From: Macrostomum lignano | Taxonomy: Eukaryota | Assembly: GCA_002269645.1 (NCBI GenBank) | Contig: NIVC01000618.1 | Location: 434,001 to 498,000 of the forward strand | Direction: 5' to 3' | DNA length: 64,000 nt | Shown: positions 13,777 to 25,700 of the stretch, in pieces | Layout: every line of letters begins with the position of its first letter | Position numbering within the stretch: position 1 is the first letter of the stretch | Translations under genes and position numbers: made by a program | Notes under the pieces: generated by a model | Told to the model about the DNA's origin: nothing | The model's input: the letters and a program-made list of their open reading frames with translations, nothing else | The model's database searches: none

Positions 13777-16700
13777 GTGTCTGTCCATCACCTGCAGCAC
13801 ACGCAAACCCGTGCTCTGGCCGCGCACATTCCAGCCAGTCTCCAGCTGCATCGCCGATCACTGCCAGACGAGGCCGGCCCGAGATCTGAGACGGACGCCC
13901 GGAAAAGCGTGGCCGAATGTGAGCAGCTATAAGTCTTTGGCCGTTTATTTTACTTTTTTTACACCATCCTACTCGTATCTCCCCTATTTCTATCTGAGAA
14001 AAGGTTTTGAGTGAGTAGGCATACTCACTATACCAGTGTTACTGAGCGTGCCAAAAAATTGGTGGCTGTATGCGCTAGCGGCAAGTGCGTGCAGACACAT
14101 GTATTTGGAGCTGCTGTAGTGGCCTACATGTATACCGGTAGGGATCGCACACCCAGGATAGAGGGATGGGAAGAGGAATACAAAACAGGGAAAATTGAAT
14201 AATTCAGTGGCTTTCGCCATGGCCGCCTCTCTCTGACTGACTGAGAGAGTTACTTTCTTCTCGTGACTAGTCGAAGCTTTTTTCTGCTTTTAAAAGCAGC
14301 GTCCCGACCTCAACACCGCACAGTACCAAGCGTCCAAGGGGTTCACAGGCTGCCTCTCCTGTCAAAGCCTCCGTATCTGGTGTTTGTTCGCCAATTTTCA
14401 ACATTGCTTCTCCCTTGCACTTCGTTTGGTTCTCTCAATGTAGCTGTGTAGTCTCCCTTACGCGTCATTATTTGCCTAAACTCTCGTCTGTTCCACAGCC
14501 TCACTTGCAAAGTTTGCATTCATTAAACGGAGCATTGTTTTGTGGTTGAGAAAGGTAAATAAAATTTCGTGTTACATGAAGCTACCATATGTACGCGAGA
14601 TCGTGAACAGGTTTCTTGTCGGGCAGCAGACGTGTATTTCCAATTCCCAAGCTTTAATATTATTAATAACTGATGGATTCTTTACGTTCCATTCAACTGC
14701 AACTCGAATATTATAATAAATTCAAGCAGTACATTGCCAGACAGTAGAAAAAGTCCCTTGAAAAGTGCACTGACTTATGCGCTATGTAGACAGAATTGAC
14801 GTTGACCGATTTTTCTACGGTTTCCAATTGAAGAATAGATGTTTTAGCAGTCTAGAGCAGTCCTGACTTAAAATTGCTCAATATCGCAATAGTTGAGGAC
14901 TGCTCGCTACTTGGTTCCGTTCTTAAGAACCACGGCTCTTAATTTTGGCTGCTGAGCGTGTGTGTTCAACGAACAGCTTGCCAGAGGCTTCCTACTGCAG
15001 CCTCAGATAACAATTCGTCCCCCTCCGTTCATTCAACCTGTTTCAGTTCTCTGGGATCGGATGCGGCTGGCGGTGAAGCGGCTGGTTAAGCACCGGTTCT
15101 TTCAGCGCGGCATCCTGTTTGCCATCCTTATCAACACGCTCAGTATGGGCATTGAGTACCACGATCAGGTGCGTTGCAAGGAGCTTTAGTTCAGAAACAT
15201 AAGCAAGGGTATGAAAACAGTTAGATTACCGCGCACCTCTTATTATACATTATACATTAATATATTTTGTTTGTAGTCGCAGGTAGAAGAGAATGGGACT
15301 ACAGAGTGGGCAAAACACTTCTCCTGGGTCAGTTCACACGGCATGTCTGGACACGAGTAGACATGGGGATTAGAAGTAAAGAATGCAACGCATGTAGCAG
15401 ATTCGATGTGAAAAGAAGCTCGTGGCAAACCTTATTAAAGTCCCAAAAAATCTTTAGCTGATCGACGAGCGTATGTTAATCCAAGTTTATTGCTTCGAAG
15501 TGTCTTCTGTGGCTTAAGAAACCATGGTTGTTTGAATCCATTCACGCATATGGTGTAAACTTCTCAACCAAGAGCTACAACGAGGATACTTGAAGATACT
15601 TGAAGCCGATTGCCATATAGCATATGCAACATACTTAATAGCACATTCAATTCTTGCAGCCTAAACAACTGACGGACATCATTGAATACAGCAATATAGT
15701 ATTCTGCGTCATATTCGGTCTGGAAATGGTGCTCAAGCTCACTGCCGAAGGCCCACTGCTCTACATTAGCAGCGGGTTTAACGTGTTTGACGCGGTCATT
15801 GTCATTCTCAGGTGAGGCGGGTCTACTGCTCTCAAACACACACGGTTATATCGTAATAATCGTACAGAATTAACCAGATATCAATTGGCACCTTTTGCTT
15901 GCATACTCCATCCAGCATCTTTGAGCTGATGCAAGGCCACAGCAGCGGCCTGTCTGTGCTGCGCACCTTTCGGTTGCTGCGGATTCTCAAGCTGGTCCGG
16001 TTCCTGCCGGCGCTCCGGCAGCAGCTATTTGTCATGCTCAAAACCATGGACAATGTGGCCACCTTCTTTGCACTGCTTGTTCTCTTCATATTCATTTTCA
16101 GGTTAGTGCGCGCAAGCCTCATTGTGACGAATGTAAAATTTACTGAACTCAATTTTGTCTGTAGTCGTGCACGAATCGATTTTTTAAAGCTTTTTCTTAT
16201 TTTCAAGGCTGAAGAGAAACGGGTAATTATCGTAGTATTGTTGGGTCCAACAATCTCGCCTTGCACGAGGTTGGGCTCCTGGCTTACCTGAGCTCAGGCA
16301 CGGAGACAGTCCCAGACTTATTGCCACACGTCGCAGCTGTTTTAGTAGGGTATTTTTATCTACTCTCGCTATATTCAGGTGAAGAGGTCCGACGGGACGA
16401 GAGTTCACTTTGAACACTCATACATGTATTGATGTGCACGTGCAAGCAATGTGCTTAGACCCAATTCTCAATAGTTTTAATGAAGGTCTTGGACACTTGA
16501 GTCATGTCCATACTGCTCTTGTTTCAGCGACTTGGGGATTGTTAGTCAGGTATTGTTCTGCACAATTGACTATTGTATTACAACAGACTGCACAACTGAA
16601 AGCAGAGGCACTGAGCCTTGAAGCTCTGTAATGCATGTCTCAATGCAGCTGCTTTTAGTGCCTTGGTGGGTTCTCTATTGGTAGCATTTGCTGTTTTTAT

Positions 16701-19700
16701 TGGGATTTGGCCCAATCGTCCTTTTTTCTAAAGCTTCTTTCTCTCTCAAGTACTTTAAATCAGAGCTTAAACTTTCCAGCGTACTTGGAATGACATTATT
16801 TGGTGGCAAATTCTGCTGGCACCCAGACGGCACCACTTGCACCTGCGCTGAGCGAGCAGATCCAAACGGAGACTGCACCTGCGACCGGGCCAACTTCGAC
16901 ACTATCATGTGGTCGTTGGTGACAGTTTTTCAGGTGATTGGCTCTTTAATGATTTTCAAATCGCTTTCTTATCGACTCCTGTTGTCCACGCATATGGGGG
17001 TGCTCTGTAAACCTTTTCACTGTAAAATCTTTCTACTTCATTTTGTTTTGATTATTTGGCCAATATACTATGCTAGCCTTGAAACTTCTGCTCAACAGTG
17101 TAACTTTGAAAACCCCAGGAAGCAGGGGCGTCGCCATGGATTTTATGGTGGGGGGGGGGCAAAGACAAGAATTCAACATGCACATGTACAGGACTAAAAT
17201 CCTAAATTTCCATTATTTTAAGAATCGTGTTGTCAGCGCTCATTTAGGCGCCGCAGGCACCCATTTTGGAACCGCAGGCATTTATTTTAGCGCTGACGGT
17301 ATTCCTTTTAGCGCTGACGGTATTCCTTTTAGCGCCGACGGTATTCCTTTTAGCGCCGACGGTATTCCTTTTAGCGCCGACGGTATTCCTTTTAGCGCCG
17401 ACGGTATTCCTTTTAGCGTCGACGGTATTCCTTTTAGCGCCGATGGTATTCCTTTTAGCGCCGACGGTATTCCTTTTAGCGCCGACGGTATTCCTTTTAG
17501 CGCTGACGGTATTCCTTTTAGCGCCGACGGTATTCCTTTTAGCGCCGACGGTATTCCTTTTAGCGCCGACGGTATTCCTTTTAGCGCTGACGGTATTCCT
17601 TTTAGCGCCGACGGTATTCCTTTTAGCGCCGACGGTATTCCTTTTAGCGCCGACGGTATTCCTTTTAGCGCCGACGGTATTCCTTTTAGCGCCGACGGTA
17701 TTCCTTTTAGCGCCGATGGTATTCCTTTTAGCGCCGACGGTATTCCTTTTAGCGCCGACGGTATTCCTTTTAGCGCTGACGGTATTCCTTTTAGCGCCGA
17801 CGGTATTCCTTTTAGCGCCGACGGTATTCCTTTTAGCGCCGACAGTATTCCTTTTAGCGCCGATGGTATTCCTTTTAGCGCCGACGGTATTCCTTTTAGC
17901 GCTGACGGTATTCCTTTTAGCGCCGACGGTATTCCTTTTAGCGCCGACGGTATTCCTTTTAGCGCCGACGGTATTCCTTTTAGCGCCGACGGTATTCCTT
18001 TTAGCGCCGACGGTATTCCTTTTAGCGCCGACGGTATTCCTTTTAGCGCCGACGGTATTCCTTTTAGCGCCGACGGTATTCCTTTTAGCGCCGACGTTAA
18101 TTCTTTTAGCGCTGACGGTATTCCTTTTAGCGCTGACGGTATTCCTTTTAGCGCCCTGAAGAAAAATTATTGATTACCACAACGGTTTACAAGGTGGGAT
18201 GGGGGACAAACCATTAAAATGTCCCCCCCCATAGCTTTTACTGAGGCGACATGTTCCCCCTGTCCCCCCTGTTGGCGACGCGCCTGATAGGAAGAACAAC
18301 ACCTGATGCTCACATCGAACAGCTCCCTGTCTCTGAACAGCCTACGCACTACTGTTCTCAAACTCCATTAACTTCAGATTCTCACCCAGGAGGACTGGAA
18401 CACGGTGCTGTACAATGGCATGGCCAGAACGTCCCCCTGGGCTGCTCTGTACTTCATTGCTTTGATGACGTTCGGCAACTACGTACTGTTTAATTTGTTG
18501 GTTGCCATCCTGGTTGAAGGCTTCTCCAGCGAGGTAAGCTATGAAAATTCAAATTTTGATCAAACACAATGTTTGATTGCTGGCTTGCAAATAAATGTAG
18601 CCCTCAGTGACACACCGCCTTTGATGAGGCCAGAAAATTCTGCATGTACAGTCACTCCTTCCACAGTGCTTGCAGTGGTCGGCCTTCAAGCTGACTTTGG
18701 AAGATTTTACAACCCAAAATAGATTAATGCAATATTGAGTCAAGGTTATGTGGCATACACACTTGGTAGACAGATTATATGTAAGATTAAAAGGTAAATC
18801 AGGTAAAATATAATTTTTTTGGATATTTCGAGCTAGGAGCATAAAGTATACTACTATATTAGAAAAAAATCTGTGTACATAGTCAGTTCCTCCGCAGAAG
18901 ACACTTGCACGAATATAGAATGCATGATACTGACTTTAGTTTATTGTGTTTTAATTCCCGATTGGCTCGTATCGTACTACTAGTAATTAGTAGTGAAGAG
19001 GAGTTTCTGAAGCAGACAGTCTATTTAAACGCCGCATTTAATTCAGAGAAAATACTATATCATGGAGAAATACCGACTTCAAAAGGTAATGTTTTGCTCT
19101 ACAATAATCTCGGTCTCTATTTATTTCTATATTACTTATAGTACAATACGAGGCCAACTCCTCCTCTAGAGGAGAAAGGGGAAGAACTCCCATCACCGGA
19201 ATTCCATTCCCTGAAATCCATCAGCTGAAATTCCATGACTTGAATCCCATCTTCCAAATCATCTCCAAATCCTCTGTAAAGCCTTTCAAATACCATATCT
19301 TGTTTTCCCTGTTCGCAAAAACTGACTGCCATTGTCCAGACTCAGATTCTTCTGTCTCCTCTCTTCTCTTTTCTCTCCTCTCACGTCTCTCATCTCATCA
19401 CCTTATTTATCTCTTCTCCCTCGTCTTTCGTCTTTCTCTTCTGTCTCCTTTATCCCCTGTTTTCTCCTCTCTCCTCTCTCCTCTCTTCTCTCCTCTCTCA
19501 TCTCTCATCCCTCATGCCTCATCTCACTATTTCTTTCTCCTCTACTCTCAGCTCCTCTCTTCTCTCTCCTCTCATCTCTCCTGTCTCCCTCTGCTATCTC
19601 ATATATTCCCTCTCATCTCCTCTCTCCTCTTTTCTTCTCTCTCCCTCTTCGTTCCCGCCTTACTCCCCTCTTCTCTCCCATCTGTCATGTCTAATCTGTC

Positions 19701-22700
19701 CTCTCTCATCTCTACTCTCTTTTCTATAATCTCTTCTCTCTTCTCTTTTCACTCTTCTCTTTACTCTCTTTACTGACTGACTGAAGATACCAAATCCATC
19801 AAAATCCCTCCGTGAAACAGAAATCCTCTCCGCGAAACAGAAATCCTCTCCGTGAAACTGGGCTCCATGGAAATCCTCTGAGTGAAACTGACATCCATCA
19901 AAATCGTCTCCGTAAAACAGAAATACATCTAAATTCTCTCCACGAAAAATAAATCCTCTCCGTGAAACCGAAAACCATCAGAATACTCCGTGAAACTGGA
20001 CTCAATCGAAATTTTCTCTGTCAAAAAGAACTTAACTTTCAGAATTCATTGGTTAGGGTTAGGGTTCGAGCTGCACAGAGCTGCGTGTTGAATTAATTGA
20101 ATCAATTAATTGCGCAAACCATTTCTCAGTCAGACAGTATCAGTCTTATTTAAAGTTAAATAAACAGTTGCGCAATCTAAATCAACCCTCCAATACACAG
20201 CAGCAGTGAGAAGTTGAACCCTCCCCCAACTTTATCTATTACGTCTCGCAAAACTAAGTACAATCTTTGCAGAAAGTTAAAAGTATGAAAATAGTTTTTC
20301 AAATGCTGTGCTTTTTCTTTTCATATATAAAGCAAACAACTTATATCCCCAAACTCAGCGTTGCAAGATCTTTCCAGCAATATAAGTCTCTCCTCTCAAA
20401 GTTTAAAACTCGAGGAACAGTTAGCGTTTGAAATTTACCGATTTCCCGACTGCTTGCTAGAGAAGCTCGCAAGTTTATTCATTGAATTTCACTGCCAAAC
20501 TAATACACAGGGCTGCCAATAATAAAACCAAATGAATCTCGACACAGTCTATCTATTTACACTGTACAACTGCTATGTACACTCAGCCCAAGCCCAACCC
20601 CCCAGTCTGGGGGAATCATTAAATTGAACTTAACCCCCCAACACGCGGGGGGTTTTATTTGCATTGAACGCAGAACACGCGCACCCACCACCCCTCAATA
20701 CACAGCGGCCCGCGGGCGGAGGTTGGGGTGGCTATTTTTACAAACTGGCTGAAGCCCCAGGCAGAGTGACCAAAGAAGGTTATTGGGGGTTAAAAAAGCA
20801 GTTTTCTGCTTTTTTAGGGATGTTAAAATGTGAAAATTAAAAATTAAAATAGCCTAAAGCCTGCTCCGGAAAATTTGCAGTTTTCCCATATAAGTTTCGA
20901 CGTTGACTTGGCAGAATTGTAGGAGTTCACTTGCTACATACAGACAGACAGACATACAGACAGACAAACATCGCGTCGGTTTTAGTATTAGGATTCTAAC
21001 GCTGTGCTATCAGAGCTTTCTTTTTGTTGTAAAGAGCTGTGATAGCTGCAGCTGTACAGTCTACCGCAACAGATACTTGAGCCTATCTTTGATATTCAAG
21101 ACTATTCTATCACTTTTCTTCTTAGCCATTTAGACTCTACCTGTGGAAACAGGGCCGTTTCTGTTGTGCCGGGACGTTGCATGCGCGCTTTTTATCAACT
21201 CATGACGAGCCATCTATGCTATTGTACCATGCTTTGTAATTGTTTTTTCTTCTGACCTAATTGTTTTCCGAATATTTTGCCATTGTATCGGGAAAGGAAG
21301 TGTACAGACAGACAACACTTTTATTTGGGGAATATTCCTCAGGTGGTTGTCTAACATACATGCTGCTTACTGAAGAGTTCTGATCCTGCACTGGAGACGG
21401 GAGTTTTTGAAGGTGGAATTTCAACAATTTGCAGAAGGCAGCAAACTCAGCTCGAGGCTCCATCAATGATAATGATTGCTCGGAATCGTCTCAGTCGGAC
21501 TCAGACAGCTCAACTTCATCGCATCGCTGTCAGAAGCAGCACCAGCAGCAACAAAATTTTCGACAGGCAAAACTAAGTGAGTGGGACACTGAAGCAAAAT
21601 TGGGTTGACTCTGTAATCAAAATCGCATTCAGTAGGCTTTCTCTAAAAACACTGACTCAATAAAAGTCAGTTTTATTAAGTGGGAAGTTTTGACACCATA
21701 TCTTAGCTCGGATCATTCGACTTCTCGGATCTATAATACTAATAATAATAATAATTGATTACACCTGCTTAAATTGGCGGATGTGCAACCGACCGCAGCT
21801 ATTGCGCGGCGCATCTGAAGGCTGCGTACGGCTGTACAGTCTAAGGACTGGGGGGGTCGCCACACACACCCTAATGCTGGCACCCATTTAACAGCTGGGT
21901 GAACTGAAGCAATACAGAGTCAAGTGGCCTTGCTCAAGGACACAAATTGTTCCAGTGGAATCGGGAATCGAACCCCCGACCTTCAAGTCGTGAGTCCGAC
22001 GCTCCAACCACTAGGCTACAACCCCCGGATCTATAAGAGTATCCGATGACAGTGTCAACTCTATCAGTGCTCAAACGCCTGCAGCCTGCTATAATACAAA
22101 TTTTCTTCACCATCAGAGTGCCTGCCGCCTCGCGAGGCACCCGCAGCCGCTGGCAGCGCCCTCATCCCGCCGATCATCACGCACACGGCGGCCACTCCGC
22201 AGCCGACGCCGCAGGGCAGTCCGGCCAACGAGGGAACAACCAAAGGTGGCAGCGATAGCAGCCCTATCAAGGGTGACCAGCTGAAAACAGCATTCGATAC
22301 AGCTTTTCATTACAGCTCGTCTAGCATAGACACCATCGACAGGTCTCTATCCGTAAGTATGACAGAAGAAACAGCCATTTAGTAACAGTCTCTCTGTACA
22401 GACAGTTACATGTCTCGCATTGCTCAACTGTTCAAACGCAGGCCACAGATCCAACTGGGCAGCAGGTGCTTTCGGCACGGTCTGATTCTCCAGGCGGATG
22501 CAGCAATGCTAACAGGTGAGCACAGTGGCTGGAAAAGTAACAAACTGGTTCTGTGTAGATCGCTATCAAGTTCTAAACCATTATTTTCTAATGAAGATTT
22601 CAACATTTTTAAGCTCTTTGGCTCTTACCGTTTAATTTTTATGTCTTACATTGTAGTGTAAATTTAATGCGTTTAACGCGAACCACGGATACTAGAATAA

Positions 22701-25700
22701 CTAGATGTGCCACTCAGCACATTTGCGTGCAAACTACTTTCAGTTCGGTAGTAAGTTAAACAGAAGTTTTAATGTATTTTTAAAGCCAAAGCTCATTTTA
22801 TTGGCTCTTACCTCCAGTTTAAAGTTTAAACCCCCCAAGCGCGCCTTTCCACATTACCCCCTCGCCCACCCCAATTTTTATTGCCCTTCTCGGAATTCCA
22901 GCCTAAAGCTGCCATGTACATTTCAGTGGACTGGCTAATGTACATTATCGCTGAACCAATTAGCAAGTTGTTTGCGCCTGCTGGCTTGGGATTCTAAACT
23001 TATCAAAGTCGTTTTAGCTGCCTTAATTTTTATAAAATAGCTTATGTATTCTTCTTTGCTACTGAACTGAAAGTAGAAAGCAGTTATTATTTTTTTTATT
23101 AGAGGCAGGGGGGTTGTGTGCACCCTGGCGCACTTTAAGCGACATAGGCACACAACCGGCGAGAGGCATTGCTGCCCATTCCGCCGACTCCCCTGAGCAG
23201 GCATACAAGCGCGCGGATGCGTACGCAGGCACACACTCACACTGGAGTGTACAGCGGCCTTAACTTTATTTTTTCGTTAGGTATGTACACTTCACTGCGC
23301 CTTGGGGGGTTGGCTCTCAAGGCCGTTAATTGCACGAGCAGAGCCAAGCCGAGATTCCAATTCAGCCCCACATTAATGTGACTGCACTTGGAATCGAGCC
23401 TGGGTCGCTGGCACACCAGAGCCTGCGCTACCGCTGGGCTACGGCCCCTTAGAAAGCGTTTTTATTAAGTATTTATGCCTGAGTGGCCATCTAGTTATTT
23501 TAAAGAGACCTGTGACGCGAACTAATAAATAAAGGCAAGAGAACTCTGATCGCTTTCACAACATTGAAATTTACAACGTTGAGCCAATCAAGCTAAATAA
23601 ATCCTGAATTTCACTACATTGAAAAAGTGAGCTGTCGGCCTCTTTCACTTTCATTAACCTTTCTTTATCAATAAAGCTATCAATTATCAATATATCAGCG
23701 TTATAACTTGGACTTCAAATCCTCGATAAATGAATTATACAAGTGTGTATATAGATAATCATGTTGAGTCACTGGACTATGGTTGACCACAAAAGTCTCT
23801 CTGACCCAGATGCTTCACTTTAATCCAGTCCTACCAGCCAATCAAGCGGCGGGACGCTGGCAGCGTTCGCTTCATTCGACTGGGGCGAGCAGTGCGCCTC
23901 GTGCTCGCTTGGCTGGCTGGGGCCCGGCGGACACTCGCACAGGTCAGCAGTCGCTAGCGGGCAAAATGCTTCAAGTGCTACTCGTAACCAGCGCCCGTCA
24001 CTTTAGTCCTGACCCGCAGCCAATCACCGGAATGCACTTTATTCTCGCAAGCAAATCTCAACGTAGCTTATGCTTGATAGCAGTTAAAAGTTACATACTA
24101 GCCAAACGAAAAATACACACAAAAACGGGAGAGAGGCTTGGAAAATGAAACTTTTTTGGTTTGAAAATTCACATTAAATGGGCTTTCTAGTTGACCTTCT
24201 GAAAAGCGTTGTCACATCCACTCTAACTGGTGCTTATCCATTAAAAATGTGACTTATATTCATTCAAATTTGTTCTGTTGCTTTCAGTTTAAATTGGCGC
24301 GTATCACATGTATTTAACAAACGCTTCACTTCTCCACCGCACCACCGCACCACCGTATCGTCGTGACTGCACCTGATAATTTGAGTGGAGGCTAACCATC
24401 TAGCATTAAAATAATCTACCCTTTCGTGTAAATTTTCAATTTATGGGTGTAAATTTTACTTTGCCATAATTTTTTGGTTCAACCGACTCTCAACAGCATA
24501 ATTTTACTAAAATATTTTAGTACGAGATTTTATGTCTAGAATCGTTACTGCGTTTAACCAAATTTATTCTCAAAAAAAGTTCTTGCTTATCAAAATGCAG
24601 TTAATAAAAGGTAATCGATGAAGACAGGGTTGAAAGGGTTAGACTGAGCACCTGGCCGAACTCAAAATCAATATAACTGGAACTTTCTCCACAGTGATTT
24701 CGAGCTAAAGTTCAAAACTTCATTGAACCGCCGACTGTCCTCATTAACAGCTGCAACGGCCATCTGTCAGCTCGAGCACCTGCAGCCGATCTACTCGGTC
24801 GTAACGGTCGCATCTTCCGCCCGGTAGCAGACACCCAGGCTGATACCACTGCCGTCGCCGCGGACGCCTCCGCTGTTGCCACCGCAGCAGTTTCCGCGGC
24901 CTGCGGAGCAATCGGTGTCTCACCTCGCAGTAGTCGCGGCAGCATCGGAATCAGCGTCGGCGGCTGCCGCAGTCACCGGACCGTGACGCCGCAGAACTCA
25001 ATTAGCAGCTGCAAAGACACCATGGGACACGCCTGGGTGAAGGACGGCGGCAAGGAATGTCAGCTGGGAGGTCGCGGACAGCAGTCAAGAAGGGTGAGTT
25101 GCAGGTCTACTGGTTTTTTCATTGATAAATTGTCGGTAACACTTTTGTTTCGTAGTACGCAGGGCCAAAATTTTACTAAACATTATGCTGTACTTAAAAA
25201 CCAATCTCAGAGTCGGTTCTGCCTGGCCAAACTGTTGCCGAAGCCGCACGGCTGCTTCCAGGATAGGCGGGACTATGCCCTGTACTTGCTGCATCCGGAG
25301 AACAGGTTTGAATACGTTTGCTAGCAAGCTATTCCATTTTGCATTAAACACCTAGCCGAAAGACGTCTCGTATTTGTTTTCCACAAATATCAAATTTGCA
25401 GATTTCGCGTCCTCTGCCAGACAATGATTTCTAAGAAATGTTTCGACTATACGGTTCTGTTCTTCATCGCTCTCAACTGCATCACTCTGGCCATGGAACG
25501 ACCATCGATACCTCCTGATAGCATCGTGAGGCAACACCCTTTTTAGTAGTACTAGTTAAATAAGGGAGTCGCTCTGAATTGAGTAAAGGCAATTTTACAC
25601 CAGAACAGCCCCGCTCCACAGTCAGGTAGTGGAGTTCCCAGCCACATCATCCATCTGGCTTCTCTTAACAAAAGATAAATTTCTACTTTATGATATCTCA

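Noticed and set aside
17070-18173. 367-aa SADGIPF-repeat ORF
   Set aside because: Translation of the 21-bp minisatellite inside a MITE.
20050-20067. TTAGGG telomeric motif
   Set aside because: Only about 2.5 units; not significant.
21955-22025. tRNA gene (CAC anticodon); also tRNA-like sequences at 23380-23448 and 57484-57555
   Set aside because: Anticodon and acceptor stems are imperfect and each continues into a SINE body with tail and TSD, so these are SINE heads.
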